DNA of 64,000 nucleotides from Utricularia gibba (Eukaryota; Plantae; Magnoliophyta), in contig NEEC01000011.1 of the NCBI GenBank assembly GCA_002189035.1, positions 682,001 to 746,000 on the forward strand, written 5' to 3'. A model generated the notes under the pieces. The model was not told where the DNA came from, made no database searches, and saw only the letters and a list, made by a program, of their open reading frames with translations. Made by a program: the position numbers and the translations under genes. This document shows positions 1 through 12,002 of the stretch, piece after piece. The first letter of the stretch is position 1, and each line of letters begins with the position of its first letter.

Positions 1-1264
1 TCAGGAAAACATATTGAATGCTGAAATTACGCATAGAATTTCTTGATCCTTCCTTTCACCAGTCTTATAGGCTGAGGAGCCTATGAAATTACGCATAGAA
101 ATTGTCGGATTTCTATAAAAGAGTCTCCAGAAATATTTTACGGGGATTCGTTTTTTAACTATATAACTAACTATTGATAACCCTAAAGAAATCTGACGGG
201 AACACTGACTAAAAATTTCTGGCTCTTTTTTCAAAATAGCATCTGTCAAGGTTTTGTATTTAGTAAATAAGAATTGATTGGATATTCTTTGTAAAATAAC
301 ACGTCACAAAAAATAAAATAATTTTGATAATTACTTTTATTCACTCATTCTATTCCGTTATTATATGTGGATTGTTTTAATTATTTCAATTTTCAATTAA
401 CAATTCAAAACAACGTTTTATTGATTATAATAGAAACTATTTCATTTTAGAACTAATTTAACTCACTTAAATACAGAAAACATTAATATTTCATTACAAT
501 TTAAATTATTTATTTATAATTTATAATACAAGTTGATTTAATTACAAATATATTACAAATGGTTATAGTTATTCAAAATAAAAAATAATTTACTTAAATG
601 ATTTGCATATCAAAATCAATAGTTTTTATTTATTTACAATTTATAATATATTTTCAATTAATTACAACATATTAAAAATACCTAGATTTATTCATTTTAA
701 AGAAGATTGGTGAATAAGTTTTAGAAATAATAATTATTATGGTTGTTTTTTATTTAATATTTTTTATATTTTTTCAAAAGAGTATTTTTTGGTTATAAAA
801 AATTGAATGCATTACCTATATGTTATAGGATTTAATAGTATACTTTTTCCAAGAAAATGTTATATAACAATTTATTTTTAACACCACTTACAAAATAAGA
901 AATTTCTTAGGACATCATAATAATACCAAATAAGTCAATTTTACAATAAAAAAAATAACATTGTTGTTCTCTCTTATTTTAATAATATGGTTGTTTCTTC
1001 TTTTGAATTTTATAATTTTTTAAAAAACATGATATTGTCTTTAAAAAATTGGAAGCAGCACCTACCCATCAGATGATTTCGTCGGAAGTTTCACACAAAA
1101 ATAATGCAGAATGAGCTGATATTAATGCCATCTATGTAATAAGTAATTTGATAAGAGTTCAATATAATAATATAAAATAAGTCATCTTTACAAGAAAAAA
1201 ACCAATATTATTGCTTTTTTGGAATATGTCAGATATTTAGATATAGGGTATATGTATCACTGAC

Positions 1265-2340
1265 TGATGGTGATTCTCCAAGTGCATAGAAACCGTCAAA
1301 GTAATAAAATAAAATCGTATCCACAGAGAATTATTATTGAAATTTTCTTTTTCAAATAAAGACTTAAAAAGATTGAAAACAAAAGAAAGATTTTGTTTTC
1401 AAAACAATAAGAAAAGTGACATTGGATCTAAAATCCACCTTACTTTAAACTCGCCCTTGCGTGTGTGCAAACCTTGAGAACTGAGCTGCTTGCGCAAGCT
1501 TTGGGAGTGTTATGCTAAAATAGTGCTACCCGGTGACCGTTATAGCATCGTCCCTTGTTTTTGAGATTATGGAATCAACCATGCCACCAGAGCTATTTTA
1601 CCTCTTGTGATAACCCATGTTTTCCGCACTCCCAAATCTAACCCCTACACCTCACACCTCGCAGACAATTTAAACAAAATGTGCCTTACCAATGATGTCC
1701 GCTTCAAGCCCTGCTCCTTAGGTACTTAAGACCAACCTTTGATTCTCCCATACCCCCTTAGGGTTACATGGTACTAAAGAGCAGGTTAGTAAAGAACACG
1801 TTGCGAAAAAAAAGAATCAAACCACAATTTAAATGTCGAATAGTATAGTAAAGCAGTCACACGAGCAGGACTTGTGCAAGCAAGGCTTCACCGCAGATCC
1901 TTAGCCGCAAGTGCGTACACACACAAACTCCACTCTAATATGAAAATAGACACAAAAATAGGAAAAAATACAAAGGAAAAGTGATCAAAGACGTCTCTAA
2001 TGGTTGAAAGAGTGGGGTATTTATAGGAGAGTAGATCCAAGTATTCGTATTGGGCTTGTTTGATGGGTTTGGATAAGATCTTCTATTCAAATCTGTTATC
2101 CAAATTTTCGAAAATTATCTTCATATCTCTATCTTATCAATGAATCTTGGACGAAATCTTCATCATTTGACCGAGTCTTGGGCTGAGATTCGTGGCCCAT
2201 CAGTCCATAATTTGGTGTGTGATATTTCAAAACTAGCATTAGCATAGCATGAAAAGAAAAGGTAGAATAGAGAAAAATCATAAATGCAATCATGATCAAT
2301 AAGAAACTTTCTACTAGGAGCTTGAATTTTTCTTATTTCT
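1265..2340 (-). mobile_element. LTR segment (R/U5 side) of a second Ty3/gypsy family, fused to the Athila U3 at 2345
   Basis: Begins TGATGG at 1265 (minus strand ends ...GTGCACTT-like...CACCATCA, a typical U5 tail). TATA-like CCTATAAATACCCC on minus near 2014-2027. No similarity to the R/U5 of the other Athila LTRs. No TSD found. Confidence 0.5.
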
Positions 2341-2344
2341 ATTA

Positions 2345-2947
2345 AAAAAACTCCAAACGTTCAGAAAATAGAAAAGAAATAAAGATTGTTCTGTCGCATG
2401 ATTGTTATTGTTCACGCCCCAGAACAGTAGCGCTTGACTGGGCTCTGGTGCTTCTCTTGGCGATGAGGGCCTTCTTCTCCTCTTCTGGTTGGTATTTTTC
2501 GCGTTCGGGGAGGAGCCCCCTTGTGTGCGTTTTGTGCTTGCCGCATGTCTTGCTGTTGTTTTTGCTCTCTGTCCTTTTAAAAAATAATATCTCCTGTCCT
2601 TCACTCCACTACATTGTTCCTGACCCCAGCACTGTTCCCGGTCTGAAATTTCAGACTACAGGTGGCGGCAGAACAGTGCTCTTTGTCTCTCTTCAGATAT
2701 TGCGCCTTTTTCACTTGTTACACATGTTTGTAAGGTATATTTTCTGTTGATCTACCTACTGAACTTAGTCAAACATTAGTAACAAAGGTGGTGGACTAAA
2801 TCAAAGGATTTAGTCCAATTTTTAACATAAACACACAAAATTAACTTAAACACATATAAACATGAAAAACCTCATTTTATCTAACCTAAATTACAATAAA
2901 ATATAACTATTTTGTGTTATAAAATTCAGGAAAAATGTGTGCCATCA
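2345..2947 (-). mobile_element. Athila-type 3' LTR, U3 portion only
   Basis: Aligns by eye with 19720-20143. Minus-strand start TGATGGCACAC matches TGATAGCACAC at 28831 and 62618. Preceded on minus by the Athila 3'UTR motif CTTGAGGACAAG. Confidence 0.75.
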
Positions 2948-3537
2948 CACTATGCTACAACGACACGAAACTTGTCCTCAAGTCTTGGCTAAGACTAACA
3001 GAAAACTAACTTTGTTAGCGCCACTGGTAAACATAAACAACTTTGATAAAATTCGGATGCATGAGCTATAGAAGTACTGGTGTGCATGTCATAGTATCAC
3101 TCAAATGTGTATGAATAGATTCCTCTTAAGGAGTGTTTTCGAAGATTGCTTCCTCAAGTTGATTTGTTCAAAATTGGTTAGGACTATGGTTGCCAACTCT
3201 TTTCTTTCTCTTTTTTTTGTTTTCTTTTTTCTTCTTTTGATAGTGAAAGGTAGCTTGTTTGACTGATCTGGGTATAATGTCATGGCCTTTTTTGTGAAAG
3301 AGTGTTTGCCAAGCACTCATACCTTATAATCCAGGCATCCTCCTACTCCTCCGGATAAATCCATCGCTTTGCACCCATTCACTACTTATGGAGTCTGCAC
3401 ATGCTTTTTTATTATGCGCTGCTTATCAAGACTTTGATCTCATCATTTTTTTTGTACTGCTTTTCCTCTTTTTTATGAAGTCTATCAACTCGAGTGAAAC
3501 TAATCTAGATCACACTTCCTAGGTTCCTCTAATCATG

Positions 3538-3622
3538 CACATACACGGACAGGATCCTAAGGAAAATTATATATCCAAAATCATCTCAGACACATACACG
3601 GACAGGATCCTAAGGAAAATTA
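3538..3622. repeat. 32-bp perfect direct repeat (period 53 bp)
   Basis: CACATACACGGACAGGATCCTAAGGAAAATTA at 3538-3569 and 3591-3622. Confidence 0.9.
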
Positions 3623-3626
3623 AAAC

Positions 3627-3698
3627 TAAAAATAAAAATAAAAATAAAAATAAAAATAAAAATAAAAATAAAAATAAAAATAAAAATAAAAATAAAAT
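3627..3698. repeat. (TAAAAA)n microsatellite, about 12 units
   Basis: Directly visible; it produces the spurious (KN)n stretch in ORF 3535-3777. Confidence 0.95.
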
Positions 3699-3815
3699 AC
3701 ACGAAATGAGTTTAGTAGTAGGTTACTTGTTCAGCGAGGAGTCAATCACTCCCTATTTCAGCTCTTGCATTTCATGAATTAAATCAGACACTTTTTCACT
3801 CAAATCGTTGATCAT

Positions 3816-5180
3816 TTATGGGGAGCAACATCCCTTACCGTTGTGCTTGGAGATTGCAGGAGCAAGGGCATTTGTGTTGCCTTCTCCAGGGGTAGAACTT
3901 CCGCATAAACCTGCCAAAGATCTAAAAAGAAACCCACTCCCTTGGGCTTTGATTAGTCCCGCAACTTTCAAAAAATATGCATCTAAAGGTACTGTCTTAG
4001 TTTCAACATGGAAATATTTTAATTCAGACAGTTTTTCAGCACATAAAGTATGTTCAATTTTTGTGCGTCTATAATCTCTATTCATTTGTTCAGCAATCAT
4101 AGCACCTAGGTTCAGAGAGCGTTTGTTCACAATACACCACATGACAAATAATTCATGCTTATAAAGGGAATTAAATCCTACAAATCATCCAAAACGGGTT
4201 GTGATAACAAGAATATGAACATAACGCATAACTTGATAAAAAACAAGTCCGCCTTAGTTCCTTTCGCCTTAAATACTATAGCATGCTGGTTGGTCAGAAT
4301 CGCATAAATTTCCTTAGCATCAAATTCATCAGGATAATCAAAAAGGGATGCAGCAAACTCATGAGAATCTATATCATGTTCTGAACAAAATCCTAGAGTT
4401 ACGTTCAATTCAGCCGATGAAAAAGAAAATTCAACACCCAACAACCTAAAAGAGATAGCACCAGGGTCTAGAAACAGTTTCAGGTATTTCATACACGAAG
4501 GTGGCAGCAAATTCATAAGACAATTCAATGTACGCAGGAAATTTCATCTCAAACAGATTCATGAATGCTATGCCGTCAAACAGAAAGGAAATTCTATCAT
4601 CAATTCCTAATTCTACCAGAATATCGTGATCAATATGACGACAGGGTGTTACCTTTGCACCCTTGACCTCACTGTACCGATCAGCTTGCATTTCTTCTAT
4701 GAAAGTTAAGTATTTGGTGTTCAACATATCTGCATGATGCTTAAAATACGGTATCCCCTTGCGCGTCATTTGCCTCTTGAATTTCTCGTTTTCTTGCGCA
4801 AACTTCCCGGCTTTCATGTAAAAAGGCACCAATTTAGGCAAAAATTTCTTTCTTTTAATGTTACCTTCGTTTCCTTTTATGTTGTGCTCCCAAATGACTG
4901 CTCCCATGCTTCTTCCTCTGCACGCTCTATTTCCTGATTCTGATTTTCTTCATTTTTGTCCATTATAGACTCTTCTTCAGCGACTGGTTCTTCCTCGAGC
5001 AGTAGGTCTACTCCCTGGAAATTTTCTGTGGCAGCAACAGTAGGCAAATCGCCTTCTTCTAGGGCACGAACAACAGTGATTTCTGCTTCAGCGTCTCCAG
5101 CAACTTCCTTTGGCTGCTCTGTTGCATTTTTTTCCGGTTGGGTCTCTCCTTTGTGGCTTTTCTTCCACTTCTTGTTGCAG
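3816..5180 (-). pseudogene. Athila env-like / ATHILA ORF-1 family ORF, frameshifted
   Basis: ORF pieces 4446-4907, 4178-4528 and 3816-4142 (ILVELGIDDRISFLFDGIAFMNLFEMKFPAYIELSYEFAATF; FRLLGVEFSFS; LNLGAMIA) with a K/E-rich N-terminus. Lies between integrase and the 3' LTR. A second copy is at 25490-26760. Confidence 0.75.
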
Positions 5181-5519
5181 GCATTTTGTTTCTAACGCTG
5201 TAATTTTACAGAAAAATCATAGAAGAAACGGTTGAAATGAGCAACAAAGAAACTACCCCCCAATTTGTTTCAAGCACTAGGGGTTTTTCCGTCATTTCCT
5301 TCGGTTAGACTTAGCACTTCTCTCAACTATCGAATTTTGTATAACTCTTCATGATTAATTTACCCTCAGTTAAGCATCCATCTTTGCCCAACAGCACAAA
5401 ACACGGCAAGAATCCTAGAAAAAAATGCATTAAACAGAAATAAAAATGCGTAAATTAAATGAGTTAACCATCGGTTCCCTCCCATAAGCGCCGTTGTTTA
5501 TAGTCTTGGACCTGACTTC

Positions 5520-6499
5520 TAGTGTGGCTACGTTTCTGGAGCATCCATCAGCTTGGTCACCTCCAGATTTCCTGTGAAAACTTTCAACCTATGCTCATTT
5601 ACCAAAAGTTCTTTCTTTCAATCACCATCAAATATATCCACGGCATGATTTGGAAAAATTTTCTTCACAATAAAAGGCCCTATCCATCTAGATTTCAGCT
5701 TCCCATGATGCAACTTCAGCCTGGATTGGAACAATAATACTTTCTGGCCAATCTTGAAATTTCTCCTAGAAATATGTGCATCATGATAACTCTTAATCTG
5801 AGCCTTGAATAGTTTTGAGCTCTCGTACGCATCATTTCTCAACTCCTCCAGTTCTGAAAGTTGAAGCTTCGTGTGGCTTGCACTAAGGTTCCTATCCAAG
5901 TTCAACTTCTTCACCACCCACCAGGCCTTGTGCTCAAGAGCTGCTGGTAGTCTTCAAGGCTTCCCATATACTAACCGAAATGGTGAGGTTCTAATGGGAG
6001 CCTTGTATGCTGTTAGTATAGCCCAAAGTGCATCCCTTAACCTCATGCTCTAGTCCTTCCTGCTTGGGTTCACAACTTTCTCCAGAATTTGTTTGATTTC
6101 CCTATTGGAGAATTCAATTTGTCCATTGGTTTGTGGATGGTATGCTGTAGAAGGCTTGTACCAAACGCTGAAATGCTTCAAAACACTCCTTAAGGCCTGA
6201 TTATAAAAATGTGTTCCCCTATCACTGATTAGCGCCTAAGGAGTTCCATATCTTGTGAAGATGTTCTTGCGCAAGAAATTAATCACAGTCTTCACATCAT
6301 CAGTCCGTGTAGGGACTGCCTCAATCCATTTGGACATATAATCAACCGCAACGAAAATGTAATTGTAAACTGCTGAAGTAGGAAATGGTCCAATAAAATC
6401 TATACCCCATATATCAAATAATTCACATACCAGGATTCCTTGCTGAGACATTTCGTTTCTGTTTGAAAAATTTCCTACCCTTTGACATGGCTCACAACA
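5520..6499 (-). pseudogene. Athila integrase core and C-terminus
   Basis: CEPCQRVGN...[15 protein letters not shown]...[12 protein letters not shown]...RYGTP and KLKSRWIGPF motifs. Interrupted at 6500 by the Tat LTR. Confidence 0.9.
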
Positions 6500-7026
6500 T
6501 GTTATGGGTGAAATCGGTATCCGGTGAGAGGCCGATTTTACGTGATAGGCGCGGTCGGGAATGCCACACTTAGTCACATTCTTCACGGTTGATGCGATTA
6601 AAATAAGAGTGAGCAAGGATTTTTTACGTGGAAACCGCCGGAGAGCGGAAAAACCACGGAGATGGCGGAGCTCGCCGGAAAAGAGTTTCACTAGATGGAG
6701 GTCGCAAAAAGGAGAATACAACTTGAAGAAATTTTTTGAGTCCAACCCCCCTTTCATCATAATTCCTCCTATTTATAGGAGAGCTCACTCTGACCGAATT
6801 CTGGTGTCTGCAAATTTCGGTTGCTTTCTACTCCTGCTATACGATCTTGCTTTTTAGATATCGGCCGCCTGTTATGCCGTAATTCGGCCGCTTTTCAGAC
6901 TGTGTCATATGGCATACCTGTCAGATTTCTGACAGATGTCGATCTGTCGTCTAGCGTTATCCCCTCGGGATCTCTTTTGGCAGCCTTTTAGGAACCGATT
7001 ATATCCGACCGGTTTACCCCCTATCA
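6500..7026 (-). mobile_element. Complete 3' LTR of the Tat element (527 bp)
   Basis: TGTTATGGG...CCCCTATCA boundaries. PPT immediately internal. First 132 bp repeated at 15556-15687. Confidence 0.9.
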
Positions 7027-7040
7027 TTCAGCCCCTCTGA
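7027..7040 (-). promoter_or_regulatory. Polypurine tract
   Basis: Minus strand CAGAGGGGCTGAA directly before the LTR start TGATAGGGG. Confidence 0.7.
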
Positions 7041-7465
7041 TTTGCCGATATTGGCCCTTTCGGGATAAATTGGGGAATCAGAATCACCAAAATGCTGTCG
7101 GCTCATAAACACGCCACGTTTTTCCCGCCCATCCAGGGTACCTAAAACGTCGTGTCGGTTCGTTCCGACTTCTTCCATTATAAGTATCCGCAACCCTTGT
7201 CATTTCTTCCCTTTGCTTTCTTCGTTTGCTCACGAGATTCCAGCGCCCTTTGAACTCCGCCGTGCTTGCCGCCATGTTATTCGCCGGAGATTACAGATTT
7301 CTCAGGTATCCGCTCCTTCTCCGTGTCTTTTTGCATCCCTACGGTTGCTTAACTCTGCTTTTGATCTTCGGGAACTTTGACAGGTAGTTACCGCCATTCT
7401 GAGTCTTTTCCCTTTCTGACTTCCACCTCGTCCTAGGGTTTGGGGCTTCTTTCGATTTTTGGATA

Positions 7466-9204
7466 ATGGGTAAGAGATTCAGTGAACTTGACATCCCATC
7501 TCTGCGTATTCGGTATTCGATTCCTGATGAATATCACATTTCTCCTGCTCAGGATGTCGAAATCCCTTGGGGGATTGGCGAGGCCCCTTTGCCTCCATTC
7601 AGTCTTCCGATTCCATTAGCCTATTTCGAGAGTGGCTTACGCTTCCCACTCCATCCTTTAATAGTCCGCTTTCTCTCCACCTTTGCGATTCCACTTTACT
7701 GCCTCGCCCCGAATTCTATATTCTGCTTCACTACCTTCCTTTTCTATTCGGCCGGTATGGACCCAGTTATGACTCTGGTAGACTTCCTCCATCTCTTCAA
7801 GATTGTCGTGCATAAAGCAAAGTCCCCGATGGATGGACGATCTCATTTTCAATTCCGCCGGTTTGAAGATAACCCCAACTTTGTCGTTAAAGCCCCGATA
7901 CCCATCATGATTGGTGGTCCTCTTTTTTTTGGGTAGCTCCCCCTTTAGGCTTTCGGTGGAACTTCCCAGTCGATCCTCCAACTCCTTTCAGGGTTAAAAT
8001 CTTCAGTGTGTATCGGTCTTCTTCCGAATCTCGCAAAGTTCTTTACGAGAGGCTCAGTGGAGGCTCGGTTCGGCATGAGTCTCGTGCCTTGATGTTCTCG
8101 GTGTGTCGCTGAAAAGAGTAGGTATTATCGGTCGCTCTCGAGACCCCCACTGGCCCGATAATATTTCTTCCGGTGGCACAGATTCGAGAAACCTTCCTCT
8201 TAGCCCATCTCCATCCCTTCCTCTTGTTTCGGCCTTATCCCCGATTCCCTCACCTGTTCAAACCGAGGCCCCCAAGAAAAAGAAGAGGCTTAAGGCGCTT
8301 GCGCATAAACCCTCAAAGAGGCAAAGAGGTAGTTGGGTTCAGCTTCCCCGAGTCTTAGAATCGGCATTATGCCTTATTACTTTTCCTACTTTCATCTTCA
8401 GCTGAAGAGATGGCTCGAAGAAGCTCCCTAGAAGATTCGGTAATGGCGTGGTTCTCCACTGAGATGTAGAGGATGCAGGAACCCGAGATGCCCTCCCCTG
8501 CACAGGTTTACCTTATTCCTGATGGCCTATTGCTAAGAGCATTCAGTTCTAACTTTTTAACTTTCTTTCCAAGCCGATTCACCCTCAGCTCACTCAGATG
8601 CTGCTGTTCACGTCCCAGAGGGTCAAGTGGTCGAGGTTTCCGGGACTCGGGAATCAACTCCTTCTCCGTCTAGAAAAGGAAAAGAAAGGCTCCTGCCTTT
8701 CCCCCCTCTTCCTTCCCCTTAGGGCTACGAAAAGCCTAGAAGAGGCAACTCCCAACCTTGCGGGAATTCAACCAGAGGTTGTACTCAAAGGGATTTGGCA
8801 GGTATTTCCTCTTCCTTCTTCTTTTCTTCTTCTCTATCTCAGGTAAGAAAATATATCTGATTCCTCGCTCGCCGATTTCATCATAGGCTTTGACCTTCGG
8901 ATGGGGGATGGCCAAAGAGATGGGATCCCATTCTGAGGAAGTCTCTCGGCTTCAAGCTCAAATCACGGCTCAGGATGCCAAGATAAAGTCATTAGGGGAA
9001 GAAGGGAGCGCATTGAGGTGCATACTCGGGAAGCGTACCCACCGAGAAGAGGAGTTGCAGACCCTGGTTAATGAAATGGGGAAGGCAATTGATGACGCCA
9101 ACTCCGAGAAAGAAGGCTTCAAAGTGCAACTTGAGGAGACTGAGGCGGAGTTGAAACAAACCAAGGATCGCGTATCGGCTCTGGAGGCAGAGCTACACAA
9201 CTAG
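7466..9204 (+). pseudogene. Antisense extra ORF of the Tat/Retand element (Transposase_28-like N-terminus, coiled-coil C-terminus), fragmented, probably spliced
   Basis: LRIRYSIPDEYHI...YFESGLRFPLHPLIVRFLSTFAIPLYCLAPNS resembles the 'putative gypsy-type transposon' domain. 8890-9204 is a heptad-rich coiled coil. Opposite strand to gag-pol. Confidence 0.75.
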
Positions 9205-10178
9205 GAAGCATCTCGGGGAAGACTTTAATCCCCCATCTCCTCCTGCACTTTAATGACTTTTTTGACTTAGTGTATTTTCCCCCCGCTGTGGGGTTTCTTG
9301 AACATTTTTGATATCCTGGTTCAGGATTTCCCTCTAATTTACACTCTTTTTTGCGCATCACTTTTGCCTATGATGATATCATATTTCGGGGGAAGCCCCA
9401 AGTCGGTTTGTTATGTCTATTACGTACTTAGACTTGGAAGGTTCGCCTATGTTTTCGTGATCCGGGGCAAGGTGTCTCTTTGCCAACCCTTTGGTTTGGG
9501 CTTTTTGATTCCAGTTTGCCTTAGTATTTCCTCATGTGGGCAGAATCGCCGCTAGGGAAGTAGGTCGGAACCCCTCATGGGTTGAGCAACCTCCCCAATC
9601 TGAAAGGGCCCTCTTCTATTCAAATCCCATTGTTTTGAACATGGGTGGATTTGCTTTAGGTGCTCCTGTCGTCTCGAGATTTCGATAGTAAGGTCAATAC
9701 TTAAGGGCTTTTCGGGGCTTACGCGTGCGGTTTACGGGAACCGGTGCCCGAATGTACCAAGGCTTATTCTTGCTACTGATGCCTGGGTTGATGGATCACA
9801 TATATATATCGGGGGAGACCCCGAGTCGATTTGCTGTATCCCGCGGAGGACGCCGATTTAGAAGATTCGCCTAGGCTTATGTTACTTGGCCCGAGCTTTA
9901 GATCTTTGATTGTCTGCCTGGGCTTATGTGATTTGGCCAGGGATTGTGGTTTTGTTTACCCATCTCCATTTCGGAGGAATTCATAGGCGTGTGAGCATTT
10001 TGGGGAAGAGAATGCCGAATCTTGCGTAATCCTGTGACGGAGATTGATATTGAGTCGGTTAGGCGTAGAACTTCCTTAAATGCGATGCATTCCACGACCT
10101 TGCGAGTTCCACGCCATCTAATTGTTCCAGGTGATATGCTCCTTTTCTGATCACCCTTGAAATCCGATAAGGGCCTTC

Positions 10179-11216
10179 CTAGTTGCGGTCTAATTTCCCG
10201 ACGTGTCTCTGTTGTTGGATGCTTCGGAGCACCAAATCTCCCTCGGAGAACTCCCTTGGGGATACCGAGTTGTTGTAACTCTTCTCCGTTCTTCTATGAT
10301 AAGCCCCTAGTCGGCTATAGATGCTTTGTCGCTTCTCTTCCAACAGCTCCAATTCCAGTTTTTGGAGGTCAGTATTTTCTTCTTCATTATAATGCTCCAC
10401 CCGGTAGCTCTTCAGGGTCAGTTCGATGGGGCATATGGCTTCCGAACCGTAAACCAATAAGAATGGGGATTCCTCCGTGGTGGTTCGAGGGGTAGTGCGA
10501 TATGACCACAGTACCTCGTCCAAGCGATCTGCCCATGACCCCGCAAAATCTTCGAGCTTAGTCTTCATACCTAGTCGGAGCGTTCGGTTCGTTACCTCTG
10601 TGAGGCCATTGCTTTGCGGTTGATATACCGAAGTGAAGTTGTGCTTCACCAAATATTTATCTAGGAATGCGTCCATTTTTCCTCCAGCGAATCGGGTCCT
10701 GTTATCAATCACTAGCTCCTGAGGAATTCCAAACCGAATGAAGATTTTTTTCCACAGAAATCAGATAACGATCTCCTCCGATATCTTTGCCACGGCTTCA
10801 ACCTCTACCCACTTGGAGAAATATTCGACACCTACGATGACAAATTTCCTTTGACCTGAAGTGTTGGGTTGCGGCCCCATAATGTCCAACCCCCATCGGT
10901 CGAAGGGGCAGGAAAGTGGGAGAGAGGTCAGGTTACTTACCGGTTTCCTCGGTATATTTACATGGTATTGGCATACTTTGCACTTCTTCACCATTTCGGT
11001 AATATCCTGCTTCATAGTTGGCTAGTAATACCCGTTTCTTAGAACTTTCTTGCATAAGGATCGTATTCCAATATGGCTGCCGCATTCCCCCTTATGTAGA
11101 TCGGTTATGAGTTTCTGAGAATGCTTTGCCCTAATGCACCTCAATAGGGGTCCATCTAAGGATTTGCGATAGAGAATTCCATTCACTAATGTATACCTCT
11201 TCACTCTAGTCTCCAA
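10179..11216 (-). pseudogene. Tat integrase
   Basis: LHKGECGSH...CKVCQ zinc finger; WGLDIMGP; YPQSNGL-like VYQPQSNGLTEVTN; RTTPR; FSEGDLVL. Split by stops. Confidence 0.92.
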
Positions 11217-11330
11217 CTGTCGGGCTTTTGACTTATCAGATGGGGTTTCCTTGTTTTGTAAATACCGGATGTAGGGCGTCGTCCAATCATCAAGGGGACT
11301 CAGCTATGAACAGATATCGCTTCCCGGTTG

Positions 11331-11990
11331 CTAGGTAATATGATTCACGGCTCGTAAGCTCACCGAGGGTTGGTTCCGCAGCCGAATAGTCACACTTCCT
11401 TCCCTTAACTCGTGAAACCCTGCTGCGAATCGGGCGAGGCTATCCGCGGACCCGTTTTTCTCACGTGCTATGTGCGTCAGGGTGAATTCCTTGAAGGTTT
11501 TAGCCAATTCCCTCATCTGAACACGGTACAGAGCCATGAGGGAGTCATGGGTTTCATATTCTCCCGAAAACTGCCCCTGCACAAGTCGCGAATCAGTGTA
11601 AACGTCGAGTTCTGCCACTCCCAGCTCCTTGGCAATTTTCATTCCCTCAATCAGGGCTTCATATTCGGCCACATTGTTGGAGGCAGGGAGTAAGAATTTC
11701 ACCGTAATATAAATATGCTCTCCTTCTCGGGTCCTAATGTCTATTCCTCCTCCGGTGCTGTTGTATGTTGAGCCATCCACATATATAGCCCATCGGTCAT
11801 TGACTTCCATGAAATGGTCTATAGGCTTGGTCATTTCGATCACAAAAGCAGCTAGAGGTTGGGCCTTGATTGATGTTCTCGACTTAAACTCAATATCCAT
11901 TGTACTTAACTCAACTGCCCATTTGGCAACCCTTCCGGAAATCTCTGGACGAGATAGGATGTTCTTCAGAGGCTGATTGGTGAATACCAC
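11331..11990 (-). pseudogene. RNase H tail plus additional archaeal-type RNase H (aRH)
   Basis: WAIYVDGS...ASNNVAEYEALIEGMKIAKELG...YTDSRLVQGQFSGEY...HIAREKNGSADSLA. Diagnostic of the Tat clade. Confidence 0.88.
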
Positions 11991-12002
11991 AATGTGCCGA
12001 TC

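Noticed and set aside
1-249. 82-aa ORF and a 16-bp repeat GAAATTACGCATAGAA (23-38 and 86-101)
   Set aside because: No recognisable protein family, only two repeat units, and cut by the window edge. Not a CRISPR-like array.
3535-3777. ORF with a KN repeat
   Set aside because: Translation of the (TAAAAA)n microsatellite.
6236-6760. 174-aa ORF that looks like a novel integrase fusion
   Set aside because: Its N-terminal half is translated Tat LTR running into Athila integrase at the insertion site. The same peptide recurs in ORF 15487-15696.
6918-6935. Palindrome CTGTCAGA-tt-TCTGACAG in the Tat LTR
   Set aside because: Not maintained in the related LTRs at 37790, 42353 or 45564.
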